From: the human T2T-CHM13v2.0 reference genome, Homo sapiens
Reading direction: 5' to 3' (one strand)
DNA: 64,000 bases
Assembly: GCF_009914755.1 (NCBI RefSeq)
Contig: NC_060927.1
Shown: positions 40,656 through 55,090 of the stretch, in pieces
How positions within the stretch are numbered: position 1 is the first letter of the stretch
How the letters are laid out: each line of letters begins with the position of its first letter
Position numbers and translations under genes: made by a program
Notes under the pieces: generated by a model
What the model saw: the letters and a program-made list of their open reading frames with translations, nothing else
Database searches by the model: none
What the model was told of the DNA's origin: nothing

Positions 40656-42332
40656 AAGCCCTGTAACTCAGGTTTACCTTTATTCTGAAGCCTGAATATG
40701 GTCCTTGGGGAAATTAGGGGGAAAAAAAAAAAGTATCCACTAAGTCACATGGTCAAAAATGGGTGCTTTAGCCTAGAAAAGCACCAGCAAACCAGATGAA
40801 TTTCTTAGGACAGATACTGGCCGTTATGCTGTGGCTTACATTCACCCACTAAAGCATGCTTCCTAGCCAAGGTTTTAATAGCAAAATAAAAGGTTTGGAG
40901 TCAGCTTTGCTCTCTTTCCCCAGGCCAAGGGCATATTTCCCAGTTACTTCTAAAGGACTTCTTTCTTAAAAGATCCAAATATGAGTTGCTATGAAATTCT
41001 GTCTTTTTTCCAAGAACCATATAATTCATTTGTATCTGTAGTATGATCAATGACATCTTGTGGAAGATAAATTGTGCCTTATAAGGCCATAGTACGGGGC
41101 ACACCAGAATGCCAACAGGACTCCCAGCAACAACTTCAGAATTCCAAGAAAGTGTTAAATAATAAAAACTAGCACAGAGTACTTGAAATGGTGATATAAT
41201 AAAATCTTCTTTCATGTCTGCCTCCAGCAGAAACCTGGTGGCAGTAGCAGTGAGGGACATATTTGGGAGCCTCATTTTCCCCTCCAGAGGTAATGGAATC
41301 TACAATTCAAAAAAAGAAGGAAAGAAAGAAATCACTTCAGTACCTGGCACAGCTAAAAGTTGTGAATCATCAAGGCCGGCCCAGGAGCAGCAAGGTGAAT
41401 GACGGTGACCTCCCTTGTCAGGTTTTAGCCTCCCGTACATTTGGCATGCAAAACATAGGTTTAAAATAGCTTTCCTGCAGGTTCCATGTGACTCGTCACT
41501 GGACCCAGCCAGCACAAAAGGGTTGATTAGTGAGGGAAAAAAAGAGAATCTTCTCCTGAGATGACTTCCAAAAGCTGCTTCTTGCAGCACAAATCTCCCT
41601 TTGAAAATGCAGAACTGGCTAGGAAAGGCAGCAGCATTCTCTCCTCCAAATGATTGAATTTTTCTTTGGGAATCCTTTATTATTGTTGTTGTTGTTTGTT
41701 TAAAGAATGTCACCTTCCAGCTCCAACAACCCTTACTTTGGAGAGATATCAGGATGTGAAAAATCAAGGGGCAATCCCTAAAGCCATCACCCTAGCTTTC
41801 TTACCCACTAGCTTTGGGCAGACAGAATCCAGACCCCTCTTTACAGAAAGTAGAAAGTTTTGAGCAATGGCTTCTTGACCAGATCTGGCTGTCAGCAGAG
41901 GCACAGGGATGTCATTTGTACTTTGGCTGCCCACCCAGAAAGCGATGAGGGCCTCTCTTGTCATGGCTACCAGTTGGAAGTCACTGGCAGGTGCTCATCG
42001 GTGAAATGGTGCAGGGGGCTGGGGAGGGGGTGATTTAATTTTCCTCTGCGGATGGAGTAAAATTGCTCTCTGGGGGAATACTAGTGGAACAGCTGTCATA
42101 CCACCACCAACTGCTTCAGAACTTCTTTGTATCCTGTATTATTCTTTAAATGTTGAGCAAAGCAAGAAGTGCTAAGATGTGAAGTAAGAAAGAACATAGA
42201 GAAAGGTAAAATTTAAATGTAGAAAATTGTATAGTAGGGAGAAGAGCCATGACCTGAAACTTGCCATTTTTGGGCTGGCCAGTGATCCAAGTACTTCAGC
42301 ACTGTAGACAGAGGGCCAACAATGAATGCTTC

Positions 42333-42400
42333 ACAAGGATGCTGTGACTGATAGATGATGATCATGAATAAAATCCTCTCTGGTTAGTGTCAGCAATGAA
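42333..42400 (+). repeat. 68-bp dispersed direct repeat, copy 1 (partner 43349..43416)
   Basis: 65/68 identical by manual alignment. Confidence 0.9.
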
Positions 42401-43348
42401 AAGAAAGGAGGAGAAAAGGAAGGAGGAGGACAGAAGTAGAAGTGGATGATAAAGAAGAGGTGGAACAGCAGCAACAGGAGAAGAAGAGAGAGACAGAGAA
42501 AGGGGTAGGGGATGAACACCCCAACTCAAAATTTAGAAGAAAAGAGTCAGAAGAAACGTTGTATGTGTTTTTCAGTTTCCCCTTTATTCTATTAAATCTC
42601 TTGGGTTGTAGCTTTCACAAATAAGTATGTATTTTAAACGAAGAAGACAATCGTATAAAATTTATATTTTTAATATAAATGTACTATAAGGATTTCTTCC
42701 TTCCTGGAAACTCCGGACTGGCTTTAATGCCTCTAGGTCTCTGGTAGGTAAGCACCGTCCCCGTGAGGCTAAGAAGTTCAAATTTAAAGGATGATGGGCC
42801 AAACAAGACAAAGCATTCTTGTGTTTAACCTCTGTTGAGAAGAAATTATTTACCTGCTAGCTACTAGTTCCCAGGCATTTGGGCTCAATTACCCAGGAAA
42901 CTTCTTTCAGAGAGGGCCTGCACTCATCCATTCTGGTAGCAAACAAGTCAGTGTGACATCGTTCAAGGTGCTCGTGTGCTCCCAGACCAATTTCACATCT
43001 CATTGCTTAGTTGGACGGAATTTGATTGTACATGCTCCCTGGACTCTCTAACCTGGTGCAGAGAATCAACCAGTTCTGAAGCAAAACTTGGTTTCATTAA
43101 ATGGTGCATAGTGGAATGCAGAGTGAAACCACTGGAAATAAAATCTGGGTAAAATGTCTCTATTTATAAGTCAGCCTGCTCTTAGTGGGGAGGAAGAGAG
43201 GATGTTCACTCTTAAGCCCAGTGGCACCAGCCATCACCTGATGTTTACTGTCACCCAAAGTAGAAATTCTTATTTCACACTTGAAATATGGAAATATGGA
43301 TCTCAACAGTAAAACTGAGAACCATATCTCAGATCCACAGCCCTGACT

Positions 43349-43450
43349 ACAAGGATGCTGTGACTGATAGATGATGATTATGAATAAAATCCTCTCTGCT
43401 TAGTGTCAGAAATGAATGCTTAGTGTCAGCAATGAATGCTTAGTGTCAGC
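43349..43450 (+). repeat. 68-bp repeat copy 2 running into a 20-bp tandem array (tgcttagtgtcagcaatgaa, 2.7 copies)
   Basis: Tandem units start at 43397, 43417 and 43437. Confidence 0.9.
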
Positions 43451-43454
43451 TTTT

Positions 43455-44060
43455 CAATTCAATTAAATCATGGTTATTGAGCTTCTAGCTCAAGGTACTT
43501 CAGGGAAAAACAGGCAATTTCCTCATCCTTCTTTCCTGCCCTCAGTGTTCTTACAATCCAGGAAGTGAGACAGGAATATAGGCAACCATGGCACAATGAA
43601 ATGGGTGACACCATGGAATAAAAACAACAAGCTAAAAGAGTTTTGAGGAAGGAAAGGTAATTTATGAATTGTGCAAACGTCTCTTTGAGGATATAGCATT
43701 ATACTGGACCTTAGGGACAAGTAAGTTGAATGAAAATGTATAGAAGGGGTGAAGAGGAAATTGTAGGCTAAGGAATGCTTTGGGCACAGGTTCAAAGGTG
43801 GCAAACTTAAATGAGTTTTCAGAGATTGACAAGTAGTTTGATACGACTGAAACATGAAAAATGTAAGTAAATGAGAGACAGAATGTAAGGAAGTTCGTGG
43901 GAAAGATGAATGTCAGGCTGAAGTGTGGTATTATATTCAGTAGGTAATGTTGAGCCATTCAAGTCTTTTTGCGTGGGAGAGTAATAGTCAGTGCTGTGTC
44001 TTTGAAAGGCAGCTCTAATAATGAGGTGATAGGTGGACTGGAGGATTTTAGAATACAGGA
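43455..44060 (-). mobile_element. L2 fragment
   Basis: ttattgagcttcta...gtgttcttacaatccagg...gagccattc. Confidence 0.55.
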
Positions 44061-44119
44061 AATTGGTAAATCTGTTTTCCTTTTAGTTCTATACATTTAA
44101 CACTTTGTTTTTAAATACC

Positions 44120-44623
44120 ATATTACTTTCCTATTTCAGTTATAGTCAATTAACTCAAACTTGGAAATTTAAGGCAGCTCAAACATATTATCTTACAGTT
44201 TTAGAGATCAGATGTCCAAAATGGGCCTCACTGGGCTAAAAGCAAAGTCGTGGCATGGCTATGGTCCTTCTTGAGGCTGAAGAAGGAATCAATTCCTTGC
44301 CTTCTCCAGTTTAAAGGCTCTCTGCATTCCTGAGCTCCTGGCCACCTTCCATCTTCAAAGCCAGCAGTGCAGCATCAATAATCTCTTTTTGATTTTGACT
44401 CTGAAGCTATGTTTTTGTCATCACTTCTCCTTCTCTGATTCTTTTAAGGATCCTTGTGATTACACTGGGCCAATTTAGATAATCCAGGATAATCTCTTCA
44501 TCTCAAGTCGTTAATTTAATCATATCTGTGGAGCCCTTTTTGCCTTTCAAGGTAACATAGTCACAGATTCCCAGGATAAGGAGTAAACATCTCCAGCGTG
44601 GGGGCATTATTCTGCCTACCTCA
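44120..44623 (-). mobile_element. MLT1C/D-like MaLR LTR
   Basis: ccttgtgattacactgggcc...ataatccaggataatctc...gggggcattattctgcctacc. Confidence 0.8.
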
Positions 44624-45141
44624 GACATACTTAGCCCAGAGAATAAAGCAGGGGTGAAATGTGAAGATCTAAGCATGGGCTCCTACAGACATCTTCTAGG
44701 TTTCAGCCAGTGAAATTGGTCCTATTCATGGTCTCTCACAGGTGAATCAAAGTAGCCCGAGAGAAAAGGGCTTCACTCCTCCACCAACACCTTCAAGCCA
44801 TTTTATATTACTTATAATCAACACTGAATAGAATAAAGATTTAATAAATATACAAATGATTACATGCACTAAATATAAAAAGTAAAAACATAATTTTTGC
44901 AAAAAAATGTATTAAATATTTGGAAGACTAAAATCATTTTTCTATCCTTGACTGAAAAATTAGCAACACGGTCTGACATTTACAGTCACATTTATCACCA
45001 CGTGGTTATGTTCTGCTGCAAGATTGAAGAACAAAAGTGCCCTGTGTTTGGGGTACTCATTTCTAGGGTTTGGTGTTTTGGAAAGTTTGTCTTTTTTCTT
45101 ATTCTCTATTCTATTTTCCATGTTCCAGGTACATGAAAATG

Positions 45142-45229
45142 TATTCTGAAGTCTGAATACAGCTGATATAAGAATGTAGCACATCTATTCTGAAGTCTGA
45201 GTATAGGTGACATAAGAAAGTAGTACAAA
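45142..45229. repeat. 44-bp tandem duplication
   Basis: tattctgaagtctga... starts at 45142 and 45186. Confidence 0.85.
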
Positions 45230-47639
45230 GATGTTGGGCTTGGAATTCAGGCAAACACCCTATTTTGTCCCTGATTTGCTGTGCAAATACACATTATCAC
45301 ACCTCAATTTTTCTGTGTGTTACTCAGAGATTTAAAAAATTGGCTCTTGATATGCTATGGAAATGTGTTATAAAAAGAGATTGCCTATGTGAAAGCCCTT
45401 TGAATAAAATTCAAAACTGATGGTGGTTACTGCATGGTTACTGACATGCGCTATTTGTCATGCACAGTGGTACACTAGGGATACCGTGATAGTAACATGC
45501 CACCTGAAGCCAAAAGTGGGCAAGAGTGACCTGGAAACAAGCACAGTGAGTTGTGGTCATTGCCATAACAGAAACACATAAACTGTGTGCATATTTAACC
45601 TTATTTGGTAGTTTAATAATTAGAAATGAATGTGAGGATTTGAGGAGTCTATTTAGAATGACGTAGGTAAGTTTTCTCTAGAAGTAAGACTTGAAGGGTT
45701 AGGTCCCCCTGCCCAGCCTTTGGAAGACACTGCCCTGCCTCACACAAAAATGAAAATGACTACATTTGACAATGCCCTCTACTCACAAGTAACCTAATGG
45801 AGAAGAATAAGGCTCTTTGGAACTCATTGCAAACCATGTTTCCTGGTCCTGGCTCACCCTGGGACCTATTCCAGGATCAGTCATTTTCGTAATCCTTCAA
45901 ATATATGTGGAAGAAGTGAAGAGTGATTGGAGAAAAGTGACAGTGAATTCCATATGCTTTCTTTGTAAATCACTTATATAGCAAATCTGCATAGTCTATA
46001 TGTCAAGAGAGGATTTTTCAAGCTAAGGTTGCAAATTCCATGTGGGTTCTAAAATTCTGCCTGTTCCTACATCATCACTATTTTCAAAGAGTTTGCACTT
46101 GGAGTATAACTAGCATTATAACTAAGCAAAAGATGGAAAAGGATCCCTGCTTTTTTTTTCCCCCAGCTCTTCTGATTCACACGACTATTGAGGGAGCAGC
46201 TTCATTAAGCCTGGAGGCTTGCCTCTTATAAAATAAAGGCAAGTTTCTAATGCCATGATAATAAGGAAAGACATGGGTTTCAGTCCCCACTCTGATATTA
46301 ATTTTATTTATTCATGTATTATTTATTTATTTATTTACTTTCATCCTAGAATGTATATCTGCTACATGAAAGACTATAAACTCGGGAACAGAATTACCAT
46401 GTCATAACAGTTAGTATGCATAATGTTCTGGATACTAACACAAAGATGGTCTGCTTTCCTGAACTATTGTCACTAGGCCACATCTTTCTCATATTAGGGA
46501 TGAATCAAACTAAGTTATCCACACTCCTGTCCATTCTCTTCTGTGATCAAATATAAATGTTGAACTAGTCTGGGCTAAAGTGAAATCTGGTACAGACCTA
46601 CCTAGCTAATTTAGGAATAGAAACCAAAACTAAATATATGATTCGGACAGAGAAATTGGCCTAAGTAACCCAGATATGTCATAATGGTACTTATTATTAG
46701 TAGAAAGTAGAAAGCACAGAATATTATACAACCATATAGTCAGAAACACATTCTGGGAAAAAGACTAGTTCTAATTAACTCTCTGAGCATAACGCTTATT
46801 TTTAATAACAAAGGCATCTTTAAGTTTAGAGAGGCAACTTCATGAAATATGATTTTAGCAACACTTCTCTCCATTTTCTGTGTTTTCTTTGCTGTTAATG
46901 TCTTCTTCATCCCCCAGAGATACCTAGTGCTCACAATAAACCTTTCTTTCCTGTTATGGGAGAAAAAGTAACCAAGAAACAAATCCTCATCAAGACAGTG
47001 GGATCTAGATACAATACCATCTGAGAAGTTATTATTCATTGATTTGCAGATTCACTAAGTAAATTTTTAGTGACTAGCTAGTATGTACTGAGTGGTATCT
47101 CAGATGTGGCATTCATAAAGAGAATGACACAAAAAAAATGGCCTGGTGTGCAATACAAAGGAATGTATAGTAAAATTAAGCTATGAAGAATTGTGGGTGG
47201 ATCCTTTATGAGGTTTGCATATATCATTTACCCAAAGCCTGACCTTGTCTGTGGCAACTGCTGTGACCTCTTCTTAACAGCTTTTCCACTGAATGTCAAG
47301 ATCCTTTGACAAACTATCCTATTTGTGGTTGTTGTGGAGCCACTGGTTCCTAAAAACTCTCACTTTGGATATTGCTTTGCTTAGTGGCACATTTACCAAA
47401 AAAGTAAAGATGAAACAGGAGAGAAACAAGACTGATCAACCAGGTATTAGATTATAGGTAAAAAGAACTATAGTAGGTAAAATCCTATTTTGGCATTTTT
47501 AGCCATACATACATCTGGAAATTATCTTCATGTAGAGTTGTCTTTCACTTTTATCTGCGTAGCATCTTTTCTTCAAAGAATTGTAGTCACTTGGTGTGGC
47601 TTTTTGTCATACAACTTGACCTCCCTTGATATGGCATTG

Positions 47640-48065
47640 GTCATCAAACTAGTCAATCAGATTACTATGTCCCTTAGAAAGAGTACTTGGCTAATGAGTG
47701 AGCATTGACTAAATCAGAGCCAGTCAGATTATTTCTTTCAACAAACTGAAATGGCTGAAAAAAGAGGAAGAGAGAAGGAAAGGGGGAAAGACAGAGGAGA
47801 GAGGTTGGCTCTTTTTTCTTCTGAGATCTCATATATTATCTAGTCTGGAATTTCCAGGGTCATCTTTCCCATTGTATGCAGAAGCACTTAGGTAGAGAGA
47901 AAAACATAATTCTTATGACGTCATTTGAACTTCCAGATTCAATCATGCCTGAAATTAAACACCCTTGTGTTTTCCAGTTACATGGGGGCATACTTTCCCC
48001 TTTCTACTTAACTTATTTTTATACATTTTTGCCATTGAATCATTCACTCCAAAAAATTAAAAGAC
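47640..48065 (+). mobile_element. Old MLT1 (J/K/L-like) LTR
   Basis: tgacgtcatttgaacttccagattcaatcatgcctgaa...ttccagttacatg. Confidence 0.55.
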
Positions 48066-48120
48066 CATGACTTGTGGTTTGAATTCCCTTCAGCTTGAAG
48101 TTTGGCACTATATAGTAGCT

Positions 48121-48168
48121 ACACACACACACACACACACACACCCACACACACACACACACACACAC
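48121..48168. repeat. (CA)n microsatellite
   Basis: Read directly. Confidence 0.95.
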
Positions 48169-49929
48169 AGAGTGAATGGTATTTATTCTAGTGAACCTAG
48201 AGTGCAGCAGCATGGTACAGTGGAAAGAAAATTCTACTGGGAGTTAGATGCCATACATTTAATGTGGTATTATCTACAATGAATATATTTTACTTTTTAA
48301 ATAAAGAAAGGAGTGAAGGCAGCTTTATTATGGAAGCAAAACAGGGAAGGTCTGGGTTTTATCTTCACTTCTGATACAAGCTAGCTCTTTGGTATAGGCA
48401 AGTCATTGTAACATTTTAATCCTCAGTTTCCTCCTTTGTAAAGTAAAGAGCAGTGGGTCTCCCACTAGACTCTTGTGATCCCTAGATGTTTCATGTAACA
48501 CCACAAGAAGTGGAATATGAGAGGTGGAATATGAGATGGAATGTGAGATATCCAACCTGTTTTCTAAACCAGAGGAACACTTAACATATTTGCTCTATCT
48601 ACAAAGCTTGAATGTCAGTTTCCAAGGGTTTCTGTAGTATAAAATTTTGAAAAAAAAAAAAAAATTAAAAAGTTTTTTAAAAATGGGGCTTGATAATTCC
48701 TAAGTCCTTTTTAGTTTTAACACTCTTTGAAGTTAATCCCCAAGTCAAAGTTTCTACTAGAAATATAGTAATTTACTCACAGAAAATAGTCATCTTCTGT
48801 AATTGCTTTTACTTAATCCAAGCCTGTTGGTCACATTTGAACATTCAGAGTCTTTACTTTTGTGAAGTATGCTGCATAAAAGTTAAGAAAATTTAGTTTG
48901 GGTGTTCAAGTTCATATTTTAGATACTCAAATTCAGAACACTTTAGGAATAGAAAAAGCACAAACCCTATTTATATCATTGGGACATAAATGTTAAACTG
49001 AGAAGAGTGATAAAGACTCACGTGTTTCTAAGACACATACAGGTCTTCAGCTTCTTAGCCATTAGGAAAGGAACCAAGCAAAGATGAATAATATTCATAA
49101 ACTAGTACAAGGGTTTTGTTTGTTCGTTTTTTTTTTTATCATTTCCAATCAACACTGACTCCATGCTTATGCTGTGCTAGACATCATGGCAGATGCCTTC
49201 GATACATAAAGGGCTGTGACACATTCCCTATCTAGTTAAGAACAGACATGTGCCTTAAACATAATTATAGCTGCAAAGTTGCAAATGATAAATCTCCAGA
49301 GATTAAAATTTCTATGTCCAAATAAGAGGGTAACTCATTTAGAACCTGGCTGGCTGAAATTACAAATGATTTATGTTTCACCCTGGAATCTTATTTTACT
49401 TCTTGGTGGATTAGAGAGGTAAATTATTTTTATTAGAGGATGTTTTGCATCTTGCAGAGATAAAGTATCAAAGCTTTTTGCCTTATGCAACTCTTTTCAA
49501 CTACTCATATTTTTGAACAGATTAATGCAAGAAAATATAATCAGGAGAAGATGTGTTCCTTTAGCTCTGCTTCTTTTGGAACCCCCTTGGTATTTTGCTT
49601 ATCAAGTTGGAAGAGTTGTGGCAGAAGATATCTAGCTCCTGAAAATTCTGAAGATGAAATAATTATCACCTTCGTTCTACTTTTCTGAGCTATCTTCCTT
49701 TTTCTGCCAACATTTTCCACACCAAACACCATGGTTCACCTGGATAAAGGTGCAGCACAGTTCCACCAAAGGAGCCAAGGGGCTGAGTCTTTTTCAGCAG
49801 GTAGAGCTAGTGTATCCTAACACAGGAGTTTTCATAGAAACTTCAGCTTAGACAATCTATGAGCCTTCACACACAAGCAGCCAAGCAGATACAAATGAGC
49901 TCTTTTAATTAGGTATCTGGATTTATATT

Positions 49930-50140
49930 GGCTGACTCAGCTCCATCTCAGCTTTAGAGGATGAAAAATCACCTGAACGCTCTCTAATGAAATACCCCTT
50001 GCCCTAGCATGTGAGTGCTTGTCTGAGTCACCAGGAAGTGTAATAAGGAACACTCAGGGATCCAGCTGTGTATGCAGCCCTCCTGCTGGAGGTAGGGCTG
50101 GCTTGTCCCCACCACTTGGAGTTCTCCCTGAGTCACTCAG
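49930..50140. promoter_or_regulatory. Candidate enhancer: three AP-1 sites plus an ETS site
   Basis: TGACTCA 49933..49939, TGAGTCA 50024..50030 (followed by CAGGAAGT) and TGAGTCA 50129..50135. Confidence 0.4.
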
Positions 50141-50623
50141 TTCCTGGCTGAGTACAGCCATTCTGTGATTTATGTTACATACCAATGCCTCCAGGCAGAA
50201 AATGCTGATAATAATTGCTTGCTATGGGGGATTAGGAAAAGGCAAAGGCTTTCTTTGGGATTTCCTTTTCCTTTCTTCTCTCTTCCCTTCCCTTTTGTCT
50301 CTTTCCCGCCTTTCTGCTTTCCTAACCTCCCCTTCCTTCATTTCTCCTCTTCCCCCTCTCTTGCCTAAGTCTTTAAAGCAACATAGTTTTTTTTTTTTTT
50401 ACTAGCAGCATTGTAAAGGTAGCCAAATAAATTCTGAGTATGAGTTCTTTATTTCTCGCAAGTCAAAGTAGAAAGTTGAAAAAACTCACAAATACATCAA
50501 ATATACCTTAAAGAGGTAAACCAACTATTCGGTGAAATTTTATAGCTAAGAAAACCCAAGTGCTAATGAATAGGTAGTTTCAAAATCTGAGATGGAATCT
50601 CTAAAAAGGAGGGATTACTTTTA

Positions 50624-51167
<544 letters not shown>

Positions 51168-51689
51168 CTAGTAGACAGAAATCTATCAGAAGACATGAGA
51201 ATATCATCCTCAAGTTGCCAGGGAAATGTAAACATATAGAATGGAATCAGGGACTAGGAGACCGCTGGGACATCTAACATACTTTAATCACATTTCATTT
51301 AGTAGCACCTGTTCAATTCTCACAATATTTTAATATTAATATTTTTATTTTGCAAATAAGCAAACAGAAGCTTTTCTGTATCAAGTAAATAGCTAGTCAT
51401 TAGCAGAGTCAGCATTTGAATCCAGGTCTCTCTGCTCCAAAGCTCATGCTCTTTCTGGCATACCACACAGGAAAGAGAACTGTCCATAATTCACTTAATG
51501 GAATATGATTTTAAATAAATTTAAGCAATTAACTATGAAAAGCTGCTTAGGTTCTTTCTCCTTAGGGGGCTGAGGGAATAGCCTGTCATGGCCGGGCCTT
51601 AATTATCCTCCATGCATGGGCATGGTGATACAGCCCAATCAGATGTGGTGAGAGGCATGGTAGGTGGTGGTGGTGGTAAGCAAATTGTG

Positions 51690-52030
51690 TTCATCTTCAC
51701 TTCCTTCAGGTCTTTACTCAAATGTCACCTTACCAGGGAGGATTTCTATGTCACACCATTGAAGATTGCAGCAGCCCCTGCCCCTAAGTTCCAACACCTC
51801 CAGTATTCTCCTTCCTTCCTTTTCTCCATAGCACTATCACCTATCACCATCAGATATATTGTGGATTTTTGTTTATCTTCTTTATTAATTACCTCCTGGT
51901 CTGGAATCTAAGCTTCATAAAGGGACAGTTTTTGTTTTTTTGTTATGTTATCTTAATTATTTATATTCACTGCTCTATCCCCAGCATCTAGGAGGCAAAT
52001 AGATATTAAACAAACATTCGTTGAATGTAT
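51690..52030 (+). mobile_element. L2 3' end
   Basis: cacttccttcaggtctttactcaaatgtcacct...ttcactgctctatccccagcatctag...gttgaatg. Confidence 0.7.
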
Positions 52031-52414
52031 AAATCGTTAGTAATTTTTAGGCAGCAAGGTATAAGTAGAAGGAATTCAAGGATATTATTGCTATTTCCAT
52101 AATCTATTTTATTTGTTCTTCTTGAAAGACAATGTGACTCTGTGAAATAGGGGCACTTACTCCAAATAATTACAACATTTTTTTCCTGAGGAATTGGACT
52201 AGAAATTGTGGAAAATGGAGCTTCCAATCTATCTGTGGTGTTTGAATATTTTATATTTAAAAAACATGTTCATAAACTACTTATAAAATAAAAACAAAAT
52301 AAGTACTAATAAGCCAATGAAATGGAATCAGCTTCATTACTTTACTGGGTCTCAGCTCTCCTGCCCTCCCCTTAATGATAGATGGCCACTGATTTATACT
52401 CAGTGTGAAATCCA

Positions 52415-52729
52415 GGCCGGGCATGGTGGCCTATGCCTGTAATCCCAGCACTTTGGGACACCAAGGCAGGCAGATCACTTGAGGTCAAGAGTTCGAGACC
52501 AGCTTGGCCAACATGGTAAAACCCTGTCTCTACTGAAGATACAAAAATTAGCCGGGCGTGGTGGTGCACAACTGTAATCCCAGCTACTCAGGAGGCTGAG
52601 GCAGGAGAATCGAGAATCGCTTGAACTCAGGAGGCGGAGGTTGCGGTGAGCCGGGATTGTGCCACTGCACTCCAACTTGGGCGACAGAGCGAGACTCCCT
52701 CTCAAAAAAAAATTAAAAATTAAAAAGTA
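52415..52729 (+). mobile_element. AluS with an internal 7-bp duplication (gagaatcgagaatc)
   Basis: Perfect 20-bp TSD tatactcagtgtgaaatcca at 52395..52414 and 52730..52749. Confidence 0.95.
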
Positions 52730-54431
52730 TATACTCAGTGTGAAATCCAAAGTGCAGGAGGGTCTCTCTCTCTCTCTCCCTTTCTTTTCCTTCTTCAGAC
52801 ATAGACGGGATCTGTGCCAGTTATGTAACAGTCTTCTGCGAGCTTTTCAGAAAATTTATTTTTCAAAAATATGTTCTTATTTCAATAATGTAATTATTGT
52901 TCAAATTATTCCTGGAATTTATTTCTGAAATTGACTTCAAAGACCTTGATATCTTGGTACCAACACAACAAATATTTACTCACAGAGCCCAACTCCAGAT
53001 ATTAATAATTAAATTGTGTAATTAAGTTGGGTAACACTGTGTTCAGTGAAACAAACTTTCATAAAACTGTAAAACTGTATTTCTTATTGTTCATAAATTT
53101 ATCAGTAAATGAGAAATTCTCCAGAAGGGTGAAAGGACTACAACATGAGAAGAGTATTCCATTCAAGTCGTGTGAATTATTTTGAGGAATTAAACTTATT
53201 TGAATTTTATAAACAATTCTTATACTGCTTATAAATTGGTTTTATTATATATTACCACTCCTTATGTACATACATATTGTGTGTGTGTGTGTGTCTGTGT
53301 GTGTCTATACATAAATACCTTGGATTCAGGGAGAGTAAATTTTCTTATCTAATTTAATTTGAAGACCAAATCTGGATATCTATTTATGGTGTCTTGATCT
53401 TTGCATTTGACAAACCTCATTAAATATTTTACAATAGAAATTGCTACAGTTTTTAGAACTCCTTCTGAATTACACACAATACAATTCTTATAGTACTTTA
53501 ACAGTTAAGCTTGTTGGTACACCCTGAAGAACAAAATCCAGCCTAAGCCTTTTGTTACTAATGGGAAAAAGAGATTTATTCTCATCCATTGTCAAAGGCA
53601 CCTCAATTTATATTATGATTCCAAGAATAGGCTTATCAGTCCTACAGGAAAAATAAACAGAATAGCTGTATATCCTACTTTCAGAAAGCCCAACGTTGCA
53701 TTGAAAACATGAATGCAAAACAAATAAATTGGAGAATGTTGTTACATTAAAAGTTAAGAATAAATGTTTCATTTTGAGAGATATTTACCAATATAATTTT
53801 GAATACTGAAAACTGTTCCAAGGCATTTATGTGTATTTAAAATTGTTAACTACTTGATCATGATGAGGTACAAAGATTATTAGAAATTATTATGAAATAA
53901 AAATAAACTAGGAAATAAAACATTTTAAAATAATGACAGTTTATCAAAAATAAAGATTAAGTTTAGTATAGACTGTAAAGTAGGTATCTATTGCAAAAAA
54001 AACTACAAAAAAACCAAATCTTCAAAAAGCATGGAACCCTATCAAATCTATTATGTTGCGTCTAAACCAGTTTCCTTCCAACATCTAATTTTTTCTCTTC
54101 ATTTTGAGCATACTTTAAACCACTGTTACTTGCTTTTCTTTTTGTTGTCTTTTGTCCAAATTCTGAATAAACACGATAAAGTGGGTGGTAACATAGAGTA
54201 ATGAATTAATAGATTATTTTCCCCTTTTAGGGGTTTGGTCTCAGAAGAGAGTTCTAATGAAACTCAGTAATTTACTAGAGCAAATCTTATTAATAGTCTT
54301 CAAAGGTATAACCTCTTCCTCTTTAACATCATAAGCATTTGGAGTTTCCTATGCAAGATAAATATAAAAGCTTTCAGAAACACAGAAAATGATTTTGTAC
54401 CGTTTTTCTTCTCTATGGAAAGTCAGTCTGA

Positions 54432-54722
<291 letters not shown>

Positions 54723-54834
54723 TTATTGAAAATAATTTTCTTAGTGTGAAAAAGCAGTAAAGCATAGCCCATATGTGACTAACATGTTTTTAAAGTATTA
54801 ACAGATACAATTAAAATGAAAACAACAATAATAC

Positions 54835-55090
54835 CTAATAAAAAATTGAGCACCTACTATATCAGGCAGTCTGGTAAAGACTTTAGATTACAGTTTCTCT
54901 TAATGGTTACATACACACACAGAGACATACAAACAACTATGATTGTTATTGTTGCATTCTTTATAGAAAAGGAAACTCCAGCACAAAAGGTAATATAACT
55001 TGCATGGTATCACACAACTAGTAAATGAGTCAGACTGGAATGTAATTCATATGGTCTGACCTTAGAACCTATGGTCTTAAGCCACTACGT
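54835..55090 (-). mobile_element. MIR
   Basis: attgagcacctactat...ggaaactccagcac...cacacaactagtaaatg. Confidence 0.65.

Noticed and set aside
41300-41767. Longest ORFs (155 aa here, 151 aa at 30532..30987, 127 aa at 10891..11274)
   Set aside because: No recognisable domain or codon/splice support; lengths are compatible with chance in 64 kb across six frames.
42400-42500. Purine-rich Glu/Gln/Lys-like ORF segment
   Set aside because: Low-complexity GA-rich repeat, not coding.
48452-48650. Possible hAT-Charlie MITE (cagtgggtctc start)
   Set aside because: Too diverged to assign without a Dfam search.
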